NCBI GenBank assembly: GCA_001275005.1
Contig: JWZX01003278.1
Coordinates: 47,536-67,535 of the forward strand
Reading direction: 5' to 3'
Origin: Chrysochromulina tobinii
Taxonomy: Eukaryota
Length of the DNA stretch: 20,000 bases
Part shown: positions 10,301 through 16,569 of the stretch, one piece after another
Position numbering within the stretch: the stretch's first letter is position 1
How the letters are laid out: each line of letters opens with the position of its first letter
Notes under the pieces: generated by a model
Seen by the model: the letters and a program-made list of their open reading frames with translations, nothing else
Told to the model about the DNA's origin: nothing
Database searches by the model: none
Position numbers and translations under genes: made by a program

Positions 10301-13300
10301 TCTCACGTCTGGCGTCGACGTTTGCGAGTTCGACCTGTCGCGTTCCGAGCTCAAGGACGTTGAGCCCTTCCGGCTACTCGCGGGCTGCTTGAGAGGTAAC
10401 CGCACGCTCACGCACGTGACGCTCAAGCAGCTCCGCATGGAGCAAATCTCGACGCTCGCGCTCGCGCTGCGCGGAAATGACACACTTGCTCAGCTCGACA
10501 TGGTCAATGCCTCCAGGGCGGGTGGCCAGTCTGTTGTGCGGCTCCCGGTTCCCGAACTGAACGGCTCCAAGACAGGCAACGACCCGGCGCGTGTCGACCT
10601 GTCGAAGACGTGCATGGAGGGAGCGATTGGTCGCGTGGCGTGCGCGATGATTGGCACGCTCATCTCGTCGAACTCACTGCTGGAACGCCTAGACCTTTCC
10701 GACACAGGCGTCGGCATCGCCATTGGCGCCGAAGGCGAGGGAGGCCACATTCTACTGCGTCCCATCTGCGAGTCGGCGATCTGCCCCATTAATGAGATCA
10801 ATCTGACCAACGTGCAACTCAACGATAAGGCTGGCGGCAAGCTGCTGACTGCGCTGGTCACAGGCCTGGGAGATGCGGGCTCCGGGTACGATAAGATCAA
10901 ATCGCTGCTTCTCTCGCGAAACGAGTTGGGCAAGCAGTTCACGACTGGTCTGAAGACTCTCCTCTGGTCGGAGCGCGCACCTTGCGTGCTGCAAAGGCTA
11001 GACCTCTCTTTCAACCTCGCGATCGATGGCTATGAGATGGGACTTGCCCTCAAGCGCAACGAATCACTCACCTCCATTGACTTCCGTGGCGTCCCCGGCG
11101 CCAACACGAACGACATTTACAGCTTCCTGGGCAGTTTCTTTCTGCAGGAGGACTGCAACTGCCGGGTTGGGTTCCTGTCTTGCGATGCATTCCAGGTGGA
11201 GCCCAACCAGGACGAGCTCGTCCTCAGCACATCCGCCGCTAAGAGAGAAGCAAGTGCCCAAGCGATTCCGTTGGTAGAGGGCGGCGCAGCCACAGCCGCG
11301 CCTGGGACCACAGCAGGGCCTGCGAAGGCGTCGAAGAACAATCAGGGCACGAAGCAAAATCCTGTGATATTGCTTCTCGCAGGTGTTATCAGGTTCAATA
11401 TGTCGCTCAAGAGTCTGATCGTGGCGGACACCGGTCTTGACGACGCGGCGGCGGCCAGCTTCGCGACCGCTCTCAAGGACAACAAAACCCTCCAGCATCT
11501 CGATTTGTCGGGGAACGCTGAGATCGGCGCTGCCGGCATCCGAAGCATTGCTGAAGCAATAAGGGCTCATCCTCTCCTCTCAACGACCAAGGTCGATGGC
11601 AAGCCGCTTCCGATCGCACAGCTTTGCGGCGCCAATAGCTCCGAAGTCTCTCTCGACTTCACAGACTGGGGCCTTGGAGCGCCCTCGGGCCTCATGATCG
11701 GCGCGATCCTCCTGTCTAATCGGCAGATACTCAACTTGAACTTGAAGGGCAACCAAGCCTTCGGGACTGAGGGTATCAGGGCCATTGTTGAAGGATGCGT
11801 CCAGGCGCCGCTCAAGGTGTTGGATGTCACAAAGACTGGGCTGGGGGGCGAAGCCGACGACGTGATGCGGGCTCTGTCCGTCTCTATATGCCGCACTCTG
11901 GGTGTGCTGTCCGAGCTCCGTATGGATGAGAATGATTTGGCGTGCGGCGAAGACGCCCTCGCACCTCTTTGCAAGCTTCGAAACCTTCGCACTCTCTCGT
12001 TCGAAAAGAATCGGCTGTCAAGTATTCCGTCACTGATTGGGACGATGCTTTCGTTGCGGCGCATTCTCCTCCATTCGAACAATTTGATGTTTCTCCCCGA
12101 TTCCATCTGCCTTCTGAGCGGCCTTGAACAGCTCGATGTGCACAAGAATATGATCTCGACGCTGCCGAGCGCTATTGGTAAACTTGCAGGATTGCAGAAG
12201 CTCGACATCTCCGAAAACAAGCTGTCCGAGCTTCCAGTCTCCATTTGCGAGCTCTCCGAGACTCTTCAGCTCTCGGTGGGCCGCAACCCGCTCGAGAAGC
12301 CCTCGGTTGAGCAGGCGCGCCAGGGCGTCGGGTCCATCCGCCGATTCTATGGCTGGTCAAAATCAAAGGCCGGCGACGATGCTGCCGATACCTTGGCTCA
12401 AATGGTGGAATCGGCGCCCGAAGACGATGCCTCTTGGTTGAGCGTCTTGACCCACCCGGTGAAGCGCCCGGTCAAGAGCGAGGACACCCCGAGCCGCCAT
12501 GATTGGTCGGGTGCGGGTAGCGTCATCGTCTGCTTCAACGCCAGTGGCTCCCAAATCCGCTTGGTGGACGGGGGCAGCGAGCTGGGGACCATCGCGCCAA
12601 GCGACTCGGTCGAACTCGTTACCCTCTTCAACCTACAAGCCATCGGTCGTGTGCGTCCAGCTCGCACTCCCAGTGAGAAACCGGCAGACCGGCTCGAGTT
12701 GTACAATCAGTGGCTGCCCTGGCGTGTACAGGAGGTCTCTGCAGGCGAGAAAATACGAATGGCCGTGTACACGCGGTCCAATGCATTACGTGGATCGAAG
12801 GCCACCCCTTTGCTCGTGCTTGCCCCGTGGATAGCGTACAGTTGCTCCGTAGGCGCGCGGCTGAAGATGGCATCCGGGTTTGTCACGGTCGTCGACATCA
12901 GACCAGACGACACGTGCAAGATCCTGCGCGACAACGACGCAGCGGACATTAAGGAGACCATTGACCCCCGGCCGGACAACGTAAGTCGCGCTGCATCGGC
13001 GTCATACAAACCTGGACAGAAGTTGGTGCTCATGGAGCAGGGTGTGCTGGTTGACGCTGTCGTCGAGGAATGGCTTGGTGCGCGCCGCGGATCTCGGCAT
13101 CGCTTGCGGCTGAGCCTCAAGGGTGACGCTGTCACCAAAGCGGCCGATGCGCTAGTCAAGCGGCTCGCCGGGAAGAAGAGGCTCCCTGGCGAGAAGGGGA
13201 AGATGACCATTGAGATGGATCTCAATGAGCTCAACCATGCCAAGCTCCTCTTTGCGACCGGCACCAAGTACGAGGACGCGCGTAGCAGCTACCTTGAGAA

Positions 13301-14693
13301 ATTCTGCCCGAAGTACGCGAATATCACTGACGAGGCGACCTTGATGCAGCTGCAGGTCGCCGACCAGCGCGTGTCCGTGCGCGCCAAGGTTCTGGAGGTG
13401 GCAGAGGCACCTGTTGCCGTAAAGCCAGGGATGCCGCCGCCGCCGCCGGCGGCCCCAACAGAGAACGAGAAAGTGGAGAAGGTGGCTCCCATCGTCGACC
13501 CTGGAGTGAGCGCGATCAGTCTGGTGAACGGCCTGCTCGCCAACCCCGAGGCCGTGAATTCTTCTCAAAAGCCACACGTCGTGTGGCCACGCGGCCGCAC
13601 GGAGCACGACATGCTTCAGGCTCAATTGCTCCATATGTTGGGCACGACCTTGCGTAAAGGTGAGATCAGGCTGGTGCCGCTTATGCTAACGATGTCTCGC
13701 ATAGCGGAGATGGTGCAGGACGAGTCCAAGCGCGCGCCGCCGCGCGACATGATCATCAAGGCCGTTGAGGTGGACTTCCCAAGCGCTTCCGAGATGCTGC
13801 GCCAGGCGATGGAGCTCCGCGCGCTCGTGTTTGTCGCAGAGGTGCGCAACGAGACCGACCTCATCGGCTTCACCCCGGCAGTGCTTGAAGAGATTCTTGG
13901 CTGCCGGTTGATTCTCGTCTTCTCTGGTGTGTCTCCCACGTCCAAGCTGATGCCAAGTGTACTCCTGGGGCGCACGAAGTCCATGGAGATTGCCTCGATC
14001 GGCCTCTTCTTCAATGACACGCCGCTCGTCAGCCGGAATGCCAAAGAGCTGCTTCGGCGCATGCAGGCAGGCGTTGCGGATGTGAATGACGCCAAGGCTT
14101 TACATTACGGGATCATCTCGGGTCTTCATCTCTCGGCCTCGGAGCTCGGCCGCGACGTGCTCCAGATTCTGCAGGATCTCCTTGGACACTCTGGGTGCCT
14201 CCTCACTCGGCTCGATCTGAGCTACACGCAGGTCGACGGATATCCGCTCGTGCAGGCCATCAAGAGCAGCAAGACGCTCACATCGCTCGACGTGCGCTTT
14301 GTCCCACGCTTCGAGGACCTATACGAGAACCTGGGCGAGATTCTGCTTCAGCCCAACAGAACGTGCCGCCTGTGCTACATGCGGTGCGACGCTTTTGATC
14401 TTCTCGAGGGCGAGAAGTCGTTGAGCCTTCGCGAGCGCGTGCTAGATAAGGGTGCCCCCCGTCTCCTGGCTGGCCTGCTACAACACAACACAGTCCTTCA
14501 AGACCTTGACCTGAGCGCGACCGACCTCGACTCGGAGGGCGCGACCGCGATTATGCAAGCGATGCAAGTGAACACGGTCCTGAAAACGCTGCAGCTTACT
14601 TTCAATCCAAGGCTCGACGACGAATGCCGGGCTGCACTCAGGATTCTTGCTGACAAATGGCGCAGCGGCAAGGACCAGTTCCTGACGTTTTAA
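1398..14693 (+). CDS. Giant multidomain NLR-like protein (EF-hand, LRR, SH3b-like, NACHT NTPase, LRR, pseudo-NACHT, LRR), ~4,430 aa, apparently single exon
   Basis: One uninterrupted frame 1224-14693. First in-frame ATG is at 1398 (alternative 1443); the GTG at 1224 is unlikely. NACHT motifs: GPGTGKT (6681-6701), AILVDGVDE (6951-6977), LVVTSRP (7044-7064), IGVPVLLSLL (from 8505), YQFKHLSFQE (9330-9359). Many LxxLxLxxN repeats. Stop TAA at 14691-14693. Confidence 0.9.
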   Translation: MSKPSPAKSNKLKLPMSDSATGDSDQAPSQANSMRFGSEEGTSVRTSKSKRDKGDSSQRSDKSSSSHRGEKKKKKKSVKLAKQKTTDSVAEESEQDTPSGDAPADSSPDERSGMRKASSLGHAFLLFDADGGGTISLSEFLATIGLGGLLTESQAEMLFDEMDVDQSGVIDRAEFAARWHDIQTQYGVRLSSEQAAFSEAQRFEAEREAAEFAAMAEATKAAAAAAAAAAAEAAAAETESAEAAAAEAAAAETESAEAAAAETESAEAASTASASPVASPARIQKSASTVSDFFVSNANSLSFEAAAKVAQVEVALQKEQDAFEVLKRETAAKVLTIWGRKVAAKWARIHIEEDRMRATMETLEETEATRLQGEAELAAIKDKAAYKDKKVAIRTASLAAEAEAKAKEVAQVKEAAMFTISRVMQDRRALKEALARESKAKLLLKRQAAARQAAEDEAARAVEMANDAVRLAAAAERAAKRVRAFKKLPPTYFELPAQMRELVENAIFQSHAAEQNVLRAVDLAAAALFVEKPAELTNIWESHGTIAERTAAIQARVKALPAESQSLIVQLTDKALRGEMPVLKLLSSAPEVNLQLTLAGLAPFFAAQALCKGCQLPPETAKPWRWREWWAETLNEGEKVGADFERGMLQASASATLAALSIRAEVAGHRPTALRAVGMLLRSVTMLDLRDNRITDEETKLLAIALPNAASLTKLNLAGNVITSIGMARVGTALSTVQPMMELIISRNRLWGDGTTRVEHLTEMAQTITLGGKLQMLQLSGASLNDMGGGKWLTALTQPAQAATSPAATRPVAARNGRASPGLSISRPDLMGMLQLTVLDMSQNGLRASFASALSGALSACPNLTNLNLSKNNFGAEAGTMVLSAAVESASLRVLDMSATNLCDISPSYPPPPGGRKYTPEAIRTLCRLLPQASLTELHLHQNELCGLFTERIWGGAVIRGTYKSDAIKALADAFEGSSVRLPLKKDGLRLERGNHLMAAEEERLTAALSLNSAKDAAPPKVTAYETMVDVQAATPDPKAPRKDTSDALNPFKPANAEKLPAPAGGASLPTAISDPLLPSKAALDAMTIPNQESPSLAQSVAPPAVAVGDAALPSALADGENADAKSLPADAVTAAVKMAKAKPSAPKAAAKSDAARPKVEENKQAEVDEDGKPARSGYGQQKKVKKKTERVEKVVEVNPFANSPLLIAVSPLVARQGPALDTPLVGENNRMAPGTLVRVAQTQEVTRKEGSKSITEKRMLVALDGDVEALGWVTGIDKEGVENLRLAASGFPLVVSTKALVVRETVATDGKKVDDLPPQMLLRVMESQTTADGSEKALVSRDGSTIKAIGWVLVFKEGMLARTLVPAPMLQLSFDLQVHTSQALTRALAIKQAGSQVRKRKDDSLPSQIAGKRPTFKPDDGAASRHTQVKKPATIILMFNCFNAAFDVTSWTGDVPFEKLSGETAFDLIAKKSRKRVGRVKLANELGMPFLARVEFPDEWVMAEEYGVYNDGWQGLASLEVELTWGKAVAIIIVKPWLAYGASTGARLLIRKLGASSGQCATIQRILGDDRAVARVDSYSKSDGVKGETIVDLQPINMVPTTFPGYARNTRVLLLHANKLVDATVLAWLGGFDYAEGSRHMMNVKAVGAETGSHAWHDLNMYNHVCVPDGIHAVTYEGIRQRYCRSITQTEDKVEDAITGNSLFIKDQLIYMNPAFVPDGCLPVQYKTINDVPALVTEQLELSPKRSEGCHTAQPVLCRAGPGTGKTWMIKQCFFLLAERLSAPASEGVPLVPIIVFVQRIVRLLRELGDDPSALLQDPKGLMRWYIDNQFADRKEERTMLMLAYEMRAVAILVDGVDEAAGMRDIVEAFVHFELVTGGNRLVVTSRPEGVDLDDYKSRFVVMNLLELSQEQQRNVIQMQLQGNDFFEHLVNIAECRKDLDERYNELFRSEALRTETEAFKFEEDEMMERDRRLAKLIDEEKAARAERATRETDEKAPATKEARAIEEEFARQARWTAIREAVVTNSKVPRDSLTIRRLTVDGQAELQSWLSKVDLKKRPRSRFLDTIHSGMLQPSRAGTGLLDDLESELRRLPTPCTATQLEPTVLMLAQGQPAGLKMDPVVRESLAHLGLLRKMPAGGGRRGSKAAQIPANGLWFQVIQHTDETYMSMQLLAPTLMYALGTVAARAGVSKFALQQNEKTGLYVPRSAVETPELEHRSPVDLWVQSTTLPGSADQPPGPPTWVAKVKLHCEHAEQFLLVTRLLVAGIEVELDAEMISLTLLTMRNLFRPEELHPTHYRNLGCHMLLTSLQGSIAVLIEVEHTKLLTHYKSLDYAQHYDFFFNRNAENLGHAEFDTKFELLLVFLVEAIGVPVLLSLLLLTYSTGASNKDVVDMNELPDGRLNLYKMGIAAGIRKRMLLNVVSEKSKQDGKDAKGAAEVVVDTKDEGAAPQRRERRKGALEQGGGGMSFSAAGPSPGGSENEKTKAPRGGAKDEPVLDLNSILRGKKVRVVTGEDDVAECYSLVVRVLDKTKQPGFDLRSGIVAVVPKSHTMHAPVTALVEYVTQPAPQSEAALMETCKKMLRRVAVDNQENGRREFTSKNVACALGGNPEELGLWSRLDLDHDYGVALCATLAKQSDKAPAQYQFKHLSFQEGLYAEHLLILVTGLAPPAGAGWHGWMSDKTASEFLNNRYMNNTCRIAAGTLGSLLARQRPCWNFRNATLTANGRSALWFITNENETVESINVSQNDVTFEDVPGICKMLTTCPTLKSFDLSDNDLFKMVEVPLAFSRLCDALGNNHILTDLNLNNNRLGMVGVRIVANALRSCGNLKRLGLSFNEPGVDPALANLLRVHTSLETIELVEKNERLFPSRAKDDIGRALIENKKKKLGFLHCDMFVLSETTKSLTWAKEASTSDAVLLAGVLATNTTLTTFNIAPGAILENKARSELGEALLNNPGSRVAFCNDFGLTSGVDVCEFDLSRSELKDVEPFRLLAGCLRGNRTLTHVTLKQLRMEQISTLALALRGNDTLAQLDMVNASRAGGQSVVRLPVPELNGSKTGNDPARVDLSKTCMEGAIGRVACAMIGTLISSNSLLERLDLSDTGVGIAIGAEGEGGHILLRPICESAICPINEINLTNVQLNDKAGGKLLTALVTGLGDAGSGYDKIKSLLLSRNELGKQFTTGLKTLLWSERAPCVLQRLDLSFNLAIDGYEMGLALKRNESLTSIDFRGVPGANTNDIYSFLGSFFLQEDCNCRVGFLSCDAFQVEPNQDELVLSTSAAKREASAQAIPLVEGGAATAAPGTTAGPAKASKNNQGTKQNPVILLLAGVIRFNMSLKSLIVADTGLDDAAAASFATALKDNKTLQHLDLSGNAEIGAAGIRSIAEAIRAHPLLSTTKVDGKPLPIAQLCGANSSEVSLDFTDWGLGAPSGLMIGAILLSNRQILNLNLKGNQAFGTEGIRAIVEGCVQAPLKVLDVTKTGLGGEADDVMRALSVSICRTLGVLSELRMDENDLACGEDALAPLCKLRNLRTLSFEKNRLSSIPSLIGTMLSLRRILLHSNNLMFLPDSICLLSGLEQLDVHKNMISTLPSAIGKLAGLQKLDISENKLSELPVSICELSETLQLSVGRNPLEKPSVEQARQGVGSIRRFYGWSKSKAGDDAADTLAQMVESAPEDDASWLSVLTHPVKRPVKSEDTPSRHDWSGAGSVIVCFNASGSQIRLVDGGSELGTIAPSDSVELVTLFNLQAIGRVRPARTPSEKPADRLELYNQWLPWRVQEVSAGEKIRMAVYTRSNALRGSKATPLLVLAPWIAYSCSVGARLKMASGFVTVVDIRPDDTCKILRDNDAADIKETIDPRPDNVSRAASASYKPGQKLVLMEQGVLVDAVVEEWLGARRGSRHRLRLSLKGDAVTKAADALVKRLAGKKRLPGEKGKMTIEMDLNELNHAKLLFATGTKYEDARSSYLEKFCPKYANITDEATLMQLQVADQRVSVRAKVLEVAEAPVAVKPGMPPPPPAAPTENEKVEKVAPIVDPGVSAISLVNGLLANPEAVNSSQKPHVVWPRGRTEHDMLQAQLLHMLGTTLRKGEIRLVPLMLTMSRIAEMVQDESKRAPPRDMIIKAVEVDFPSASEMLRQAMELRALVFVAEVRNETDLIGFTPAVLEEILGCRLILVFSGVSPTSKLMPSVLLGRTKSMEIASIGLFFNDTPLVSRNAKELLRRMQAGVADVNDAKALHYGIISGLHLSASELGRDVLQILQDLLGHSGCLLTRLDLSYTQVDGYPLVQAIKSSKTLTSLDVRFVPRFEDLYENLGEILLQPNRTCRLCYMRCDAFDLLEGEKSLSLRERVLDKGAPRLLAGLLQHNTVLQDLDLSATDLDSEGATAIMQAMQVNTVLKTLQLTFNPRLDDECRAALRILADKWRSGKDQFLTF
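1755..1930 (+). other. EF-hand pair at the N-terminus of the giant protein
   Basis: 12-residue loops DADGGGTISLSE (1779-1814) and DVDQSGVIDRAE (1884-1919), each preceded by an F-x-x-(F/M) helix and followed by F. Confidence 0.88.
2088..2204 (+). repeat. Coding minisatellite of 15-nt units (gccgaggcggcggcg / gccgagacggaatcg) encoding AEAAA/AETES
   Basis: Unit order A-B-A-A-B-A-B-A', near-perfect copies, preceded by a GCG poly-Ala run. Confidence 0.9.
3440..4430 (+). other. LRR block 1 (ribonuclease-inhibitor-like), N-terminal to the NACHT
   Basis: VTMLDLRDNRI, LTKLNLAGNVI, LTVLDMSQNGL, LTNLNLSKNNFG, LRVLDMSATNL, LTELHLHQNEL with ~28-residue helical spacing. Confidence 0.85.
5010..5470 (+). 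other. Two tandem SH3b (bacterial SH3-like) domains
   Basis: PLVARQGPALDTPLVG...MAPGTLVRVAQ...LGWVT and ALVVRETVATDGKKVDDLPPQMLLRVME...IGWVL fit the LxVRxxPxxxSxxVxxLxxGxxVxV...GWV pattern. Confidence 0.6.
6660..9400 (+). other. NACHT-type STAND NTPase (NBD, HD1, winged helix), split by large insertions
   Basis: Walker A GPGTGKT, Walker B AILVDGVDE, sensor-1 VTSRP, LLELSQEQQ, GxP motif IGVP, LPDGRLNLY, KMLRRVA and FKHLSFQE, in the canonical order. Confidence 0.88.
9540..12353 (+). other. LRR block 2: long RI-type LRR, then ~5 typical 23-aa LRRs and an NPLxxP...GxxxIxxF cap
   Basis: RI-type: LKSFDLSDNDL, LTDLNLNNNRLG, LERLDLSDTGVG, LQHLDLSGNAEIG. From ~11967: LRTLSFEKNRLSSIP, LRRILLHSNNLMFLP, LEQLDVHKNMISTLP, LQKLDISENKLSELP, then NPLEKPSVEQARQGVGSIRRFY. 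Confidence 0.9.
14100..14680 (+). other. LRR block 3 (RI-type), C-terminal
   Basis: ISGLHLSASELG, LTRLDLSYTQV, LTSLDVRF, LQDLDLSATDLDSEGA, LKTLQLTFNPRL. Confidence 0.82.
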
Positions 14694-14843
14694 TCCAATT
14701 ATGCTGTCGACAGAGCACAACTACATCGAAACTACATGTTCATGTCATTCATCCTACAACGTGCGCCTCTTTTAGGACACATCAGTCTCTTGTGTCTGTG
14801 TTCGTGTGGGGTGGCGGTGGTGTTCTCCAGACATATCGTCATC

Positions 14844-15078
14844 AGAGAGGAGAGAGACGCATGCCGATCGAGGGGTAGCACCGGCGCCGCCCTTGGGGTC
14901 CTGAGGTGGGGCAGACCTTCGGGTAGGCCAGCTAGGTTGTGCTGGAGTTGAGCTAGCTGGCCGTACCTGAAGGCCTGGCTCGCACAGGCTAGGAAGCGCC
15001 GCATGGCCGCGCGAGCGGGCGGGGTAGCCGATCGGCGCGCCCTTCGTTGGCCTGGTCCGTCAAACCTCTCGCCTCTCT
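14844..15078 (+). ncRNA. Putative structured RNA element or long imperfect hairpin (unknown family; possibly in the 3' UTR of the giant gene)
   Basis: Nested pairings: 14844-14856/15066-15078, 14863-14870/15029-15036, 14882-14887/14996-15001, 14900-14914/14975-14988 and 14916-14935/14953-14973, plus a side hairpin ccgc-GCGA-gcgg (15007-15018). Several G-U pairs work only on the + strand. Confidence 0.45.
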
Positions 15079-15714
15079 AGCGACCTACGTAGCGATGCCA
15101 TTCGAGTTAAAGAGCCGCTAAGACCGAATCCGAAATCATTATTCATACATCATAGAATCGAGCCGGCGGCCGCCCGGCGCGGCAGCCGGCAAGCCCCGCC
15201 GAGCACGGCCGCCCGCGGATCTCCATACCCTGATCGACACCGGGCACACACTCCAAGTGTGAACTTCAAGTGACCCCCGCGACTCACCAGCCTACCCGGA
15301 ACCCGCCTGCGCGCGCGTGTGCGGTGTGGGGACCGCCTCGGACCGTGCGAGCCTCCGCGACCGCGCGGTGCTCGTGTTCGCGCTCAAAGACGAACCGAAA
15401 TCCTTGTACTGTAAGTCGCGTATGCGGAGTCGCAGTCCCAGTCGTTTCCCAGTCGGCTGCCTCTGGGACGTTGTTTTTGCGACTTCGCCGTATCTTCGTT
15501 GGCCAACCAAGTGGCCAAATGTTGCGTGTTGGCCATGACCCATGAAACCATGAAACGGGATACTATTGGCTATGTGGATGTCATTTAAACGGGGTCGATT
15601 CTATCCATTGTGTTGTGAACGCATGAGAACGTGTGCGAAGTGTTGCTCTTCACTTGTGCACGATTTCGTTCGTCGTTTGGTGTGGTGTGAAAACTGTGGT
15701 GTGAAAATTGGGAA

Positions 15715-16569
15715 ATGCATGAAGCCCTGGCCTTTGCTGATGTGGACCTCTTGCGGCGACAACTCCGTGAGCTGTCGGGATCAGCCCCGTCCTCACCCAC
15801 ACTTGCTGAGGAAGAGGTAGACAATCCGGCGGTGGCGCTCGCTAGAAGTGTTGCAGGCATGGCGGACCATCTGCTCAAGCTTGGACTGCCACACCTTGAG
15901 CGAGAAGCTGCTGCAGCTGAGTCAGCCGCGGCGGCGAGCACCGCTTCACAGTGGCCCCTCGTCGTTGTGCCCGAACTCGGGCTGACGCTGCGCGCCCAGC
16001 CAGTCATGGGGCACGCGATGTGGCCGGCGGCACTCGCCTTGGGCAAGTTTCTGCTGGAGCACGTCGATCTGTGCGTGGGCGCACGTGTGATCGAGCTAGG
16101 TGCGGGTGGTGCTGCACCAGGGCTTGTGGCACGTGCCTCGGGCGCCGCGTTTCTGCTGGCTACAGATGGAGACGAGTCACTGGTGCAGCTGATTGCGGCT
16201 AATTGCGGGGCAAACCCTGGCGGTGATTGGAGCGCAGCAGTGCTTGATTGGCGCGATGTCGCTGCCCTTCATCGTGAGGGGAGCGGCAGCTGGGACCTCG
16301 TGCTGGCATCTGATGTGCTTTATTCCGCCGGCGAGATCGTTCCAATCGTTCGGGCCTGCAAGGTGTTGCTGCGCTCAAATCCTCGCAGCCGAGTGTTGCT
16401 GTCCTGCTCGGCCTGGTTTGAAGGCTTTCAGCCGACGCTGTTGGCTGCCTTTGAAGAGGAGGGCTTTGGACTTCTCTCACAGAGTTTTAGTGGCCAGAAC
16501 ACCACCAGCGACACTTCGACGGCCGTGGTGCTGGAGTTGAGCTTGCTGTCTGAGCGCGCGTCGCTGTGA
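15715..16569 (+). CDS. SAM-dependent methyltransferase, family 16 (METTL21/EFM-like putative protein-lysine methyltransferase), 284 aa
   Basis: GHAMWPAALAL (W-P-A-A motif), motif I VIELGAGGAAPGL, post-I LATDGD, LDW, and DLVLASDVLY (DxxY motif II). ATG at 15715, TGA at 16567-16569. Confidence 0.88.
   Translation: MHEALAFADVDLLRRQLRELSGSAPSSPTLAEEEVDNPAVALARSVAGMADHLLKLGLPHLEREAAAAESAAAASTASQWPLVVVPELGLTLRAQPVMGHAMWPAALALGKFLLEHVDLCVGARVIELGAGGAAPGLVARASGAAFLLATDGDESLVQLIAANCGANPGGDWSAAVLDWRDVAALHREGSGSWDLVLASDVLYSAGEIVPIVRACKVLLRSNPRSRVLLSCSAWFEGFQPTLLAAFEEEGFGLLSQSFSGQNTTSDTSTAVVLELSLLSERASL

Noticed and set aside
3104..10483. Long antisense ORFs (e.g. 3104..4381 and 9272..10483) and other nested ORFs
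   Set aside because: Shadow frames expected opposite GC-rich coding sequence; no recognisable motifs.
1..14693. Functional link between the SPFH gene and the adjacent NLR-like gene (by analogy with plant HIR proteins)
   Set aside because: The protein is the SLP-2 type, normally mitochondrial, and adjacency in a compact eukaryotic genome is not evidence of a shared pathway.
14871..15000. TPP riboswitch-like words (GGGG, CTGAG, ACCTGA, AGGAA) in the hairpin region
   Set aside because: Lacks the UGAGA and UAAU loop motifs, the spacing is wrong, and there is no adjacent thiamine gene.
14780..15160. RNase P, SRP, U3, SECIS or hammerhead identity for the structured region
   Set aside because: Only isolated words match (GAAGGTCTG/CAGAC and CTGATGA on the - strand), without the required partners or spacing. 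No SRP helix-8 motif is visible, and the upstream gene has no in-frame UGA.
15270..15820. Short ORFs between the giant gene and the methyltransferase
   Set aside because: Short, low-complexity and without recognisable motifs; treated as intergenic.
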